Shown here: positions 1 through 9,983 of the stretch, piece after piece
How the letters are laid out: each line of letters begins with the position of its first letter
How positions within the stretch are numbered: the first letter of the stretch is position 1
Assembly: GCA_963735595.1 (NCBI GenBank)
Contig: CAVTLK010000001.1
Coordinates: 128,001-192,000 of the forward strand
Source of the DNA: an uncultured delta proteobacterium
Lineage (GTDB): Bacteria > Desulfobacterota > Zymogenia > Zymogenales > Zymogenaceae
Length of the DNA stretch: 64,000 bases
Direction of reading: 5' to 3'
The notes under the pieces: generated by a model
Database searches by the model: none
Seen by the model: the letters and a program-made list of their open reading frames with translations, nothing else
Told to the model about the DNA's origin: nothing
Position numbers and translations under genes: made by a program

Positions 1-1
1 C

Positions 2-778
2 GTCACGGCGCTCATCACCGTCTTTTCAGTCAAAGAGCCGAAAACGGTGCGGCCCGCCCATCTGGATTTCTTCAAAACCTACCTTGCGGTCTTCAAGAAC
101 AAGCCGTATCTCCTCATCCTCTGCGGCTATGTTATGCATATTATCGCGATCACTTCGGTAAGCGGGATTGCGATATACTACTTCAAGTATATCCATGGGG
201 CCGAGGCGAAGACGACAATCGCCATTATCATACTCCTGGTAACGTCAATGATATTCATCCCGGTCTCGGTGATGCTCTCAAAGAAGGTCGGCAAAAAGCT
301 CGTCTACGGCGGCGGGATGGCGTGGGTTGCGGCAGTATTGATTATCCTCTTCTTTTTCGGCCACAGGCAGCCGATTGCCTTCTCCTACATCATGATGTTC
401 GTCATGGGGATCGGCTTCGGGTTTACCTATGCGCTTCCCTATGCCATCGTCCCGGACGCCATCGAGTACGACTACCTGAAAACGGGCCAGCGGCGCGAGG
501 GAGCGTTCTACGGCATCTGGACGTGGGCCCTCAAGATCGGCCAGGCATTCGCGGCCCTGGCCATGGGGTGGGTGCTGGCCCTGATGGGGTATGTCGCAGA
601 CAAGATCCCGCAGGCGCCCTCGGCCGAGCTGGGCATCAGGCTCTTCCTGGGACCCATTCCGGCGGCGATCTTTATACTGGGGGCGATAGCCGTCTACTTC
701 TATCCGATCAACGAAAAGCGGTACAAAGAGATCCTGGCCGAGATAGCCGTGATGGAGAAGAAGACGGGCAAAAAGTAG
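2..778 (+). CDS. MFS transporter, glycoside-pentoside-hexuronide (MelB/UidB-like) family; 5'-truncated by window edge
   Basis: Frame open from position 2; multiple TM helices; GPH motif PDAIEYDYLKTGQRREGAFYG and C-terminal FYPI. Confidence 0.85.
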   Translation, partial: VTALITVFSVKEPKTVRPAHLDFFKTYLAVFKNKPYLLILCGYVMHIIAITSVSGIAIYYFKYIHGAEAKTTIAIIILLVTSMIFIPVSVMLSKKVGKKLVYGGGMAWVAAVLIILFFFGHRQPIAFSYIMMFVMGIGFGFTYALPYAIVPDAIEYDYLKTGQRREGAFYGIWTWALKIGQAFAALAMGWVLALMGYVADKIPQAPSAELGIRLFLGPIPAAIFILGAIAVYFYPINEKRYKEILAEIAVMEKKTGKK

Positions 779-906
779 ACGTCAGTGTAGCTATCAGACA
801 TCCTATGTCGAAGTGAGAAACGGGGAGAAGTACGCCTGCCGGTTCTGCCATTCAAAGATCCGCATACAACGGCAGTCGGCGGGCGATCCCGTATACACCC
901 TATTAG

Positions 907-3585
907 ATGACCACTATCAATCTCGATAAGATCTTTGCCCCTACGCGGATTGCCGTCGTCGGGGCGAGCAACGATCCGTCCGGGGTCGGCTACACGATCC
1001 TGCGCAACCTCATCGGGTCCGGTTTCTCCGGCGTTATCTATCCGGTCAACCCGGGCAAGGAGGCCGTCCAGGGCATCCAGGCCTATACCGACCTCAAGAG
1101 CCTGCCGAGGCCGGCGGACCTGGCGGTCATCTGTACCCCGGCAAAGACGGTGCCCACCATTATCGGCCAGTGCGGTGAGATGGGAATCATGGGCGTCATC
1201 GTCATCTCGGCGGGTTTCAGGGAGATCGGGCCGGAGGGGAAGGCGCTCGAGGAGGAAATGACGGCCCAGGCCGCGCGGTTTCCCGGCATGAGGATACTGG
1301 GTCCCAACTGCCTGGGGGTCATCGTCCCTTCCATCAATATGAACGCGAGCTTCGCCACGGCAATGCCGTCCCCGGGCAGCGTTGCCGTCATCTCCCAGTC
1401 GGGGGCGCTGTGCACGTCCCTCCTGGACTGGGCGCTTGAAGAGGGAATCGGGTTTTCATACTTCGTATCCATCGGCAACATGGCAGATATAGACTTCGGG
1501 GACCTCATCGACTATTTCGGCGGTGACCCCAAGACTACCTCGATCATTCTCTATATAGAATCATTACGCTCCGTTCGAGAGTTCATGTCGGCGGCACGGG
1601 CCTTTTCGAAGACCAGGCCGATCGTTGCGTTCAAGTCGGGGAGGTTCGCGGAATCTGCCAAAGCCGCCGGTTCCCATACCGGGGCGATGGCCGGGGCCGA
1701 CGATGTTTACGACGCGGCGTTTCAGCGGGCGGGGATCGAGCGGGTAAACGAGATAGACGACATGTTTGACTGCGCGGAGCTCCTGGGGCGCGTCAAGCCC
1801 CCGCCGGGCCCGCGCCTTGCCATCGTCACCAACGCCGGCGGTCCGGGGGTCATGGCGACCGACAGCCTGATCGCGCATCACGGTATTCTTGCCGGGCTAT
1901 CCAGTGAAACTACCGAAGCCCTCAACCGGGAACTTCCCCCGTTCTGGTCGCACGGTAACCCCGTTGATGTCCTCGGCGACGCCCCGCCTCAGCGGCTGGC
2001 CTCGGCCACCGAGGTTACGCTGTCTGACCCGGGGGTAGACGCGTCGCTGGTCATCCTCACGCCCCAGGCGATGACCGACCCCTCCGGTACGGCCATCGAG
2101 ATCGGGAGGCTGGTCAGGACATCCGAAAAGCCGATCCTCGCGGCGTGGATGGGGGGACTGAAGGTGCGTGAGGGCATCCGTATCCTCAACCAATCCGGCG
2201 TCCCGACGTATACGACGCCTGAACAGGCCGTGCGCGCCTTTATGCACCTGGTCTCGTATAAAAGAAATCTCGAGATACTCTACGAAACGCCGAGAAACGT
2301 TCCGGTTCGTTTTGCCCTCCATCGCACGGAGATACGCGAAGGGATGAAACACCTGTTCGACGGCCGTCAGCGCACCCTTTCGGAGATCGAGTCGAAGGAA
2401 CTGTTAGGCGCCTACGGGATCCCGGTCGCGCGAACGGTATTGGCCAAAACGGCCGATGAGGCCGGGGCGGCGGCCCGCGATATTGGCTATCCCGTAGTTC
2501 TCAAAATATACTCTCCCGACATCACGCACAAAACCGACGCGGGGGGAGTCGCGCTCAACCTGCATATGGAAGAGGATGTTAAGAAGAGCTTCGAGCGGAT
2601 TACGGCGTCGTCGATCTCCGCGTTTCCCCAGGCCGCAATCGAGGGTGTGACCGTGCAGCCGATGGTTTCACTGATGAACTCGACAGAGCTGATCCTCGGC
2701 GCCAAGCGAGACGTTACGTTCGGATCGGTCATTATGCTGGGCATGGGGGGGATTACTGCGGAGCTCCTGAAAGACCGTGTTCTCGGATTACCGCCGCTTA
2801 ATGAGCGGTTGGCGCGGAGGATGCTGGAATCGCTGGCCTCATACCCGCTGCTCGTGGGCTACCGGGGGAGACCCGTGGTCGATATCGACCGGCTCATCGA
2901 GATCATCATCAGGTTTTCGTACCTCATCGCCGACTATCCCGAGGTAAGGGAGCTCGATATAAATCCGCTGGTCGTATCCCCGGACGGGATGATAGCGCTT
3001 GACGCCCGGGTGATCATCGATGATGGTATGCCGGACAGGACTGAAGACCCATACTACCACCTGGCAATCCGTCCCTACCCGGAAGAATACGAGCGCCCGA
3101 TCGCCCTGAGCGATGGGACGAGCGCCCTCATGCGGCCGATAAAGCCGGAGGACGAGCCGCTCTGGATAGACCTGCTCAATTCTTTCTCGAAAGAGACGCT
3201 CCGCTTTCGCTTCTTCCACCCTATTCGAGAGATTACCCACGAGATGGCGACCCGCTACTGCTATATCGATTATGACCGAGAGATCGGGGTTGTCATAGAG
3301 GTGGAAGAGGAGGGCCGAAAGCGGCTTATCGGTGTCGGCAGACTCATCCTCTTCATTGACAGGAAGGTGGGCGAGTTCGCGGTTGCTGTTACCGACGCCT
3401 GGCAGAATAAAGGGGCGGGCTCCCAGATGATCGACTTCTGCGTCGAGATGTCCCGTAAACGAGGCGTCCAGCGGATCAGTACGGTGATGCTGCCGGATAA
3501 TACGATTATTATTAAGATGTTCGAGAGGCGGGGCTTTACTATCACGCGTGACGGTGATCTTGTCAGGGGTGAGCTCGTCTTTTAA
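907..3585 (+). CDS. pat: Bifunctional NDP-forming acyl-CoA synthetase-like/GNAT protein lysine acetyltransferase (Pat/YfiQ type)
   Basis: 892 aa; CoA-binding IAVVGAS, GPNCLG, SQSGA, SHTGAMAG, NPVDVLGDA, ATP-grasp HKTDAGGV/ELDINP, C-terminal GNAT (HLAIRPYP...DAWQNKGAG). Confidence 0.9.
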   Translation: MTTINLDKIFAPTRIAVVGASNDPSGVGYTILRNLIGSGFSGVIYPVNPGKEAVQGIQAYTDLKSLPRPADLAVICTPAKTVPTIIGQCGEMGIMGVIVISAGFREIGPEGKALEEEMTAQAARFPGMRILGPNCLGVIVPSINMNASFATAMPSPGSVAVISQSGALCTSLLDWALEEGIGFSYFVSIGNMADIDFGDLIDYFGGDPKTTSIILYIESLRSVREFMSAARAFSKTRPIVAFKSGRFAESAKAAGSHTGAMAGADDVYDAAFQRAGIERVNEIDDMFDCAELLGRVKPPPGPRLAIVTNAGGPGVMATDSLIAHHGILAGLSSETTEALNRELPPFWSHGNPVDVLGDAPPQRLASATEVTLSDPGVDASLVILTPQAMTDPSGTAIEIGRLVRTSEKPILAAWMGGLKVREGIRILNQSGVPTYTTPEQAVRAFMHLVSYKRNLEILYETPRNVPVRFALHRTEIREGMKHLFDGRQRTLSEIESKELLGAYGIPVARTVLAKTADEAGAAARDIGYPVVLKIYSPDITHKTDAGGVALNLHMEEDVKKSFERITASSISAFPQAAIEGVTVQPMVSLMNSTELILGAKRDVTFGSVIMLGMGGITAELLKDRVLGLPPLNERLARRMLESLASYPLLVGYRGRPVVDIDRLIEIIIRFSYLIADYPEVRELDINPLVVSPDGMIALDARVIIDDGMPDRTEDPYYHLAIRPYPEEYERPIALSDGTSALMRPIKPEDEPLWIDLLNSFSKETLRFRFFHPIREITHEMATRYCYIDYDREIGVVIEVEEEGRKRLIGVGRLILFIDRKVGEFAVAVTDAWQNKGAGSQMIDFCVEMSRKRGVQRISTVMLPDNTIIIKMFERRGFTITRDGDLVRGELVF

Positions 3586-3891
3586 CCCGGAATAGTATCC
3601 GCGAACCGTCGGAGCACACCAATAATCGTCCGCAGCGTGTCGGCTTGATCTGAGGGCTTTGTACACGTTCTAACCACCCGCTCAGTACCGTCTTCCGGAA
3701 TCCAATGAAGCCTTCGATTTCTCCAGCCGTTCAGTATCGGCGAAAACGGCTCCAGCAATACCACTTACATTATATATGATATTGTTAGGAAATATTGGCT
3801 GTTCCCCTTGATTTTCGGAAAAAGTGTTATATACTTGAATAGATTACTTATCGGAGAGAATAGACAAATCTTTATTGTGAAGGAGGACGAT

Positions 3892-4389
3892 ATGGGACTC
3901 TTTGAATTCGTAAAGGCCGCCGGGGAGATGGTTCTCAATCAGCAGAATCCGAACTCGGGGGAAGTAGAAAACCACATCAAGGACGGGCTTGGCGGCGCGG
4001 TCAAGGACATTGCCGTCGATTTGATCGGCAACATGATCAAGCTCAAAGGTAATGTTGATACGAAGGACCTGCTCGAAAAGGTGATTCTCCTGGCCGGTAA
4101 TATCAAAGGGATTGAAAAGGTCGATGCCGACGGCCTTATGGTCAAGGGGCAGCCGGCAGCGCCTGCCGCGGGAATACAGCAGATGGGCACCAAGGCCGGC
4201 GGCGGTGCCGCGGGGCCGGGAGGAAGCACCTTCTATACTATTGTGAAGGGAGACACCCTGTCGGGAATCGCCAAGAAGTTCTTAGGAGACGCGAATAAAT
4301 ACCACCAGATATTTGAGGCTAACCGCGGTATTATTAAGAACGCTGATCTCATCTACCCCGGACAGGTCATCCGCATTCCGACCGCGTAG
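3892..4389 (+). CDS. kbp: BON-LysM protein (Kbp/YgaU-like)
   Basis: RBS AGGAGG before ATG 3892; N-terminal MGLFEFVKAAGE, AGNIKGIEKV, C-terminal LysM YTIVKGDTLSGIA...IYPGQVIRIP. Confidence 0.8.
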   Translation: MGLFEFVKAAGEMVLNQQNPNSGEVENHIKDGLGGAVKDIAVDLIGNMIKLKGNVDTKDLLEKVILLAGNIKGIEKVDADGLMVKGQPAAPAAGIQQMGTKAGGGAAGPGGSTFYTIVKGDTLSGIAKKFLGDANKYHQIFEANRGIIKNADLIYPGQVIRIPTA

Positions 4390-4434
4390 CGACAAGACTG
4401 CCCTGTCGATGTGATCGTTCTAGTGACCGGTAAC

Positions 4435-4463
4435 CGAAGCCGGAGGACTCCCCTCCGGCTTCG
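4435..4463 (+). terminator. Hairpin after the LysM gene
   Basis: 12-bp perfect stem CGAAGCCGGAGG/CCTCCGGCTTCG; no clear U-tract. Confidence 0.55.
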
Positions 4464-4744
4464 AGCGTTACGGCATCAGATCGAATTTAATTTTACCGGC
4501 AGCCAACACAAGTCCATACATCGCGGGAAAATGCCGCGGCGACTCACTTTTATCCTTTACATCGGCGGTAATTCGCTTTACAGTAACGGTACGTTTGCAG
4601 CTCATATCGGAATAACGGCCAATATTACGGCTAAGGGCAAACGAAAACTGGAATAGCGCCGAAACGGATTATTGCAGAAAGTCAGCCCGGAATGCGATAT
4701 GAGCCCGCGGTCAGATGAGAGCCTGATAATTACCGGGGTTTAAA

Positions 4745-5485
4745 ATGAGAAAACTACTCTATATCCTTTACCAGCCGTACAAATGGCTCATCTTTTTCCC
4801 TTTTCTTATTCTCACGACGCTGACGTTCGGATTCCTTGCGGTATTCCTGTTGTCGATGTCCGCTTCGCCCAAGTTCGTCAGCAACCTGTGCGGCGCGCGA
4901 TGGTCGCGGATCAACAGCTTCATGACCCCCATGTGCGTCTCCGTATCAGGCAGTGACAATATCGACCCCGCCTGTTCGTACGTCATCGTCTCCAATCACC
5001 AGAGCCATTATGACGTATTCGTGCTATACGGTTGGCTTGGGGTCGATTTCAAGTGGGTTATGAAGAAAGAGTTGAGAAAGATACCGGCGCTCGGGGTGGC
5101 CTGCGAGAAGCTCGAACATATCTATATCGACCGATCCGATAAGGGGACGGCGCTCAAATCTATCAATGACGCAAAGAAGATAATCAGGAACGGTACTTCC
5201 GTTATATTCTTCCCCGAAGGCACCCGCAGTAAAACGGGCGAGATGGGCGATTTCAAGAAGGGGGCCTTTTTTATGGCTCTTGACATGGGGATACCGATAC
5301 TTCCGATTACGATAACGGGAACCGGTAAGATCCTGCCGCCGGGGACGGTAGACCTGATGCCCGGAAGGGTCAAGATGACGATACATAAACCGATCGCGGT
5401 GAGCGGATATACTCTGGAGACTATAGCTGACTTGATGGCCGAGGTGCGGTCGGTTATTCAGGGGGGGCTGGATAAGAGCGCCTAA
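4745..5485 (+). CDS. plsC: 1-acyl-sn-glycerol-3-phosphate acyltransferase
   Basis: NHQSHYD, FFPEGTRS and FKKGAF motifs. Confidence 0.88.
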   Translation: MRKLLYILYQPYKWLIFFPFLILTTLTFGFLAVFLLSMSASPKFVSNLCGARWSRINSFMTPMCVSVSGSDNIDPACSYVIVSNHQSHYDVFVLYGWLGVDFKWVMKKELRKIPALGVACEKLEHIYIDRSDKGTALKSINDAKKIIRNGTSVIFFPEGTRSKTGEMGDFKKGAFFMALDMGIPILPITITGTGKILPPGTVDLMPGRVKMTIHKPIAVSGYTLETIADLMAEVRSVIQGGLDKSA

Positions 5486-5565
5486 TAGCGACTCGTACCC
5501 GTCACAAGCCTCGGATAGAAATGTACCGGGCGAGATGAGAGAGACGGGGAAGGGGTTGATGGAAT

Positions 5566-5614
5566 TCTGGAGCCGGAGGGGAGGGTTGAACTCCCGACCT
5601 GATGATTACGAATC
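5566..5614 (-). repeat. att-site repeat: exact copy of the tRNA-Thr(CGT) 3' end
   Basis: 49-bp identity with 23699-23747, including the 47 nt from the anticodon stem to CCA. Confidence 0.95.
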
Positions 5615-5761
5615 GCTTTAAGGGGGTTAGGCTAACCTATTGAAATATATAGGAATATGTCGTAACCCCCCAGTATTATTAAGAAACTCGTTCTATTTTG
5701 GTTTTGTTTATTTAGGTCTATTATTGTCTGTTTTGATGTGCTGTGGTCACTGTTTGGACAC
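5615..5761. repeat. att arm region with tandem TGGTCAC/TGGACAC repeats, homologous to 23507-23654
   Basis: Shared blocks AGGC(T/C)AACCT, AACCCCCAGT, AAGAAA, TTTAGGT and TTTGGACAC at matching offsets from the cores. Confidence 0.7.
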
Positions 5762-6229
5762 CATCAATAGCTAATCTAGATGATAATAAAGATAAGCCAT
5801 GCTCGATTTCAACTCATTACGAAGACCCGGAATACCTTAAATGCCCCGGTTTTTGTAACATTTTTTGTAACACTTTCACGGAAGAATATATAATTTTCAC
5901 GAGTTAAAACATGATATTGACGTAACAATATTACGAGAAGTATAATATACACAACAAGGATATCTTCTAGCATTTTAACCGAATCATACTATCAGTGTTC
6001 GAGACGCAACTTTTGCGGCTGCTGAAAGAAATGGCGGATCGTCATCTCGGGCAAGAATGCTCTTAGGATCATTGATGGGATGCCTCTTAGCTACTACGGA
6101 TTACCACCGTACCATTGATCAGCAATTCCCGCGTATGCCGGCGGCAGTCAGGAAGAATCCCCGGAAAAAAAGAGTAAGGACTAGCTTCATACGAGACCGT
6201 ACTATCGTCGTAACGAGGGGGCTTCCATT

Positions 6230-7630
6230 ATGCGGCTAACTGACGAAAAAAAGTATGCCATTGAGAAAATCCATGCGGCAATAGACGACGCCTTTCCGTC
6301 ACATCTCGAACGCTGCCGCGATTTCCTACGGCAAAAGAGCGTCTCTGTAACCGGAGAAGGTATTATAGAGACCGCCCAAATTATCACCGGCTTTATCTTA
6401 GAAATCGGCGGAACAGTTGAACATTACGGTGATCCGGCCTACCCGATCGTGTTCGGTAGACTAGCGAAAGGGAAGCCAAAAACGCTGATCATCTACGGCA
6501 TGTACGACGTTATGCCCGCCGAGGAGTCGAATTGGCTGAGCCCACCCTTCGCGGCCGATATCCGTACGCTGCCGGGCCTTGGAGAGTGCGTTGTCGCCCG
6601 GGGTGCCGTCAACTCGAAGGGGGCCCTCTGCGGCGTTTTCAACGCGCTCAAGACGATCCACGAGACGGATGAAATCCCGCTTAATCTTATCTTTACCGTG
6701 GAGGGTGAGGAGGAAATCGGCAGCCCCCATTTTCCCGATTTCATTAGGGCGAACAGAGAAATGCTCCGGGCCGACGGTGTCATAGATTTCGACTTTTCGG
6801 AGGACTCCACTGGTGGAGTATCGATGCACCTTGGACTCAAGGGTATTGTTTATATTGACCTTATCGCCCGGGCAGGGAAACGGGGCGGCCCAACCGATAC
6901 GGCCCTTCATGGATCGGTCAGTGCGTGGATAACCTCTCCGGTATGGAGGCTTGTGAGGGCATTGAGTTCGCTGACCGATGAGCAGGAAAATATTAGGATA
7001 AGTGGCATTTACGAGAATGCCGCTCCCCCGAGCGACGAAGATATCGAGGTTCTCAAGAGACTGGAGAAAACCTTCAATCCCAAGTCATTTCTCAAGGAGA
7101 TAAAGAGCCGCGTTTTCAAGAGCGATCTGGTGGGCATCGATCTCCTCACAAAGGGATTATATACGCCAGTCATGAATATAAACGGACTCTCGGCCGGGTA
7201 CATCGGCTCGGGGACGAAGACGGTGCTGCCCCGCAAAGCAACGGCGAAGATAGACATCCGGTTCGGGCCGAACCTGGAGCCCGAGGAGGTAGTGGATAAG
7301 CTGAAACGGCATCTGACGGGTCTTGGGTTTGACGATATCGAGGTGAGGCTGCGGGAAGGATATACCTGGTCAAAGACATGTTTTTCGGATCCCATCGTTC
7401 AGAAGATGATCAGCGCTTACAATTTTCACGCCGTCGAGCCCGAGGTGTGGCCGATCGCAACTTGGGCCGCACCCTATTTCGTGTTCTCACGAATCCTGGG
7501 GTTGCCGGTAGTTTCGGGAGGGCTCGGCCACGGCAAGAGGCAGCACGTCGCCAACGAATATATGACCGTAAAGGGTCTCAAGGATTTCGAGAAATTCGTC
7601 GCGACCTTCCTCTATTCCCTGGCATCCTGA
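6230..7630 (+). CDS. M20/M25/M40 family metallopeptidase/deacylase
   Basis: YGMYDVMP, ARGAVNSKG, EGEEEIGS, LGLKG, C-terminal QHVANE. Confidence 0.85.
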   Translation: MRLTDEKKYAIEKIHAAIDDAFPSHLERCRDFLRQKSVSVTGEGIIETAQIITGFILEIGGTVEHYGDPAYPIVFGRLAKGKPKTLIIYGMYDVMPAEESNWLSPPFAADIRTLPGLGECVVARGAVNSKGALCGVFNALKTIHETDEIPLNLIFTVEGEEEIGSPHFPDFIRANREMLRADGVIDFDFSEDSTGGVSMHLGLKGIVYIDLIARAGKRGGPTDTALHGSVSAWITSPVWRLVRALSSLTDEQENIRISGIYENAAPPSDEDIEVLKRLEKTFNPKSFLKEIKSRVFKSDLVGIDLLTKGLYTPVMNINGLSAGYIGSGTKTVLPRKATAKIDIRFGPNLEPEEVVDKLKRHLTGLGFDDIEVRLREGYTWSKTCFSDPIVQKMISAYNFHAVEPEVWPIATWAAPYFVFSRILGLPVVSGGLGHGKRQHVANEYMTVKGLKDFEKFVATFLYSLAS

Positions 7631-8010
7631 CCACTCTCCTTCTTAGCCCGTCGATCCTCTCGGGCTCGACCGGCGCACGCCCGTTATCGCGTTGCACGTG
7701 CGGCCGCCGTTTTTCGTCCTTACCCGGTCCACCCACGCCGGATGTCTCCGGGCGATCGTTGTCCTGCACCCCGGTAGTAAAGCCGAAGAACTCCTTGAGC
7801 CTCACCTTGAAGTCCTTCTCCCTACTCATTGTCTTCTCCGTGATATAGTTAAATAATTTCCCGTAAGTCGCCCCCGCCTCTCCTTTCACGCCCGATTATA
7901 CGGAAGCCACCCGTCCGTCGGGAAAATAGCTATCCGAGTACGATTTCGATCCGGGGGTGAGGACCCACATCCGTGGGAGGCGTATTCGACCGGCTCGCGG
8001 GAGCTGATCC

Positions 8011-9770
8011 TTAGAGGAGCTCCCGCTTCATCATCTGGCCGTTGTAGGCGTCGATGACGTCCTTGCGCGTGACGATGCCGATCACCTTTCGGGAGCCCTT
8101 CGATGCTACCACCGGAAGCTCCTCGACGTCAAGGCGTGAGAATTTCACCGCCACGTCGCTGAGATTCTCCTGGGGATGGGTCGTGATGACGTCGGATCTG
8201 GTGATATCTTTTGCGACAATGAGGTGCCTGAGATAGTCCTCTTCCCTGACGAGCTTTCTGATTTCATTGAGGGAGATGATGCCCACCAGGGCGCCGTTCT
8301 TCTTGTCGACGACCGGGAAGTTGAAGTAGGTGCTGCTGTCGATGAGATTGAGGAGCTGGGTGAGTCGCGTCTGTTCGCCGACGGCGACGAAATCGGTCTT
8401 CATGATATCCCCCACGTTGAGGGACTTGAGAACGTTCTGTTCCTTCCCCTGCTCGATGTTGATCCCCTTCCGTGAAAGCTTCATCGAATAGATCGAGTCC
8501 TTCTGGATCGACCGGGCCGTGAGGGTGCTCATGATGCAGGCAATCATCAGGGGCGGGATGATAGCAAACGAGTGCGTCATCTCGAATATGATGATGATCG
8601 CGGTGAGGGGACCGTGGGTTGTCCCGGCCACGAGCGCACCCATTCCCACGGCGGCGTAGGCCCCGATAGGCGCAGTCATGTTCGGGAAAGAGATACTGGA
8701 AAAGATATCCAAGCGCTCCTCCGGTTGTTGCCCCGATCACCAGGGATGGCGAGAAGATCCCTCCCGAACCTCCCGATCCGAGCGATAGCGACGTTGCCGC
8801 AATTTTGACGAAGATAAGCGCAAAAAGCACAAAAACGGTGAACCGCGCTCCGGACAGCAGCGAGGATACCGTTTCGTAACCGACACCGGATACCTCGGGA
8901 TACACCAGGACTAACATCCCGATACAGAGTCCACCGAGTGCGGGTTTCAGGAACGGGGGAATCGAGAGATCGTTCAAAGAAATCCTCGGTCTTGTAGAGG
9001 AAGTTAGTATACGTAACGGCGATAACTGCGCAGACCACGCCCAGGAGGAAGTAGTTAACGAGCTCAAAAGCGCTTTTCAATTCGTAGGCGGGGACGATGA
9101 ATGAGGGCATATCCCCGACGAGCCAATGGGAGATCGATGTAGCGATGACCGAGGAAAAGACGATCGGGGTAAAATGCTCGACGGCAAACTCACCCATGAT
9201 GATCTCGACGGCAAAGATGACACCCGCGATCGGGGCGTTGAAGGTGGCGGCGATCCCCCCTGCAGCCCCGCAGGCCACAAACGTGCGCATCCTGTGCCGT
9301 GAGACTCGAAATGCCTGGCCTACGTTACTCCCGATGGACGAGCCTATCATCACGATCGGGCCTTCCTGTCCGACGGATCCGCCCGACCCGATACAGAGAG
9401 CCGATGCTACGGCCTTGAGCAAAAATGTCCATGGCGGCAAACGCCCCCCTTTTACGGCCACTGACTCCATGACTTCGGGAACGCCGTGTCCCTTGATGTT
9501 CGGGAAAAAGCGTATGATCGGCGCTATTAGTAGTCCTCCGAGGCAGGGAATAGCTACCTTATAGTACCAGGGAATCTCGGAGATCCTGATGAGATAGTCC
9601 GAGTAGTTACCATAAAACAGGTGTTGGAAGAAAAAGGTGAGATACCGGAAACCTGCGGCACCGAGGCCGCAGAGTATCCCGATGGCGATTGCCATGGCGA
9701 TGACAAACGTATGCGGTGTCTGTTCGAAGAGTCTGACGTAGTGAAGTATCTTTTCGACGAGGTTTCGCAT
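8011..9770 (-). CDS. ClC family chloride channel/transporter with C-terminal CBS pair; frameshifts near 8975 and 8690
   Basis: GHGVP, GQEGP, FNAPIAG and GGSGGIFSP motifs plus CBS domains, split over ORFs 8676-9770, 8264-9067 and 8011-8712. Confidence 0.85.
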
Positions 9771-9983
9771 TACCCGGGTGTAGTAGATAACAGCGATATT
9801 TTACTCCGTCAAACTCTGATTGAGAAGTAAAAACACGCAAACCTGTTTTTGTCTATGAGACTATTTCGTTGCCGGTTGTTTAGCATAATCCCCGGACGAG
9901 CGTAGCCTACCATTGTGCCGCCCGATAATAATCCCTGCCATCTTGGTTATTTGGATTGATCTCGTGAGATATGGAGCGCTTTT

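Noticed and set aside
4630..4700. GGGCAAAC...GAAA resembling a c-di-GMP-I riboswitch upstream of plsC
   Set aside because: Lacks the CGCAAA junction, paired P2 and tetraloop receptor.
7578..7829. Short minus-strand ORF MSREKDFKVRLKEFFGF... with a GGAG RBS
   Set aside because: It overlaps the 3' end of the convergent M20 gene and has no recognisable domain; possible but unsupported.
8680..8990. ClC split into three ORFs as a multi-subunit channel
   Set aside because: Removing two single extra bases restores one ClC-CBS reading frame.
9954..9967. GATTGATCTCGTGA, also present at 27464-27477
   Set aside because: A few 14-mer matches are expected by chance in a window this size, and the contexts are unrelated.
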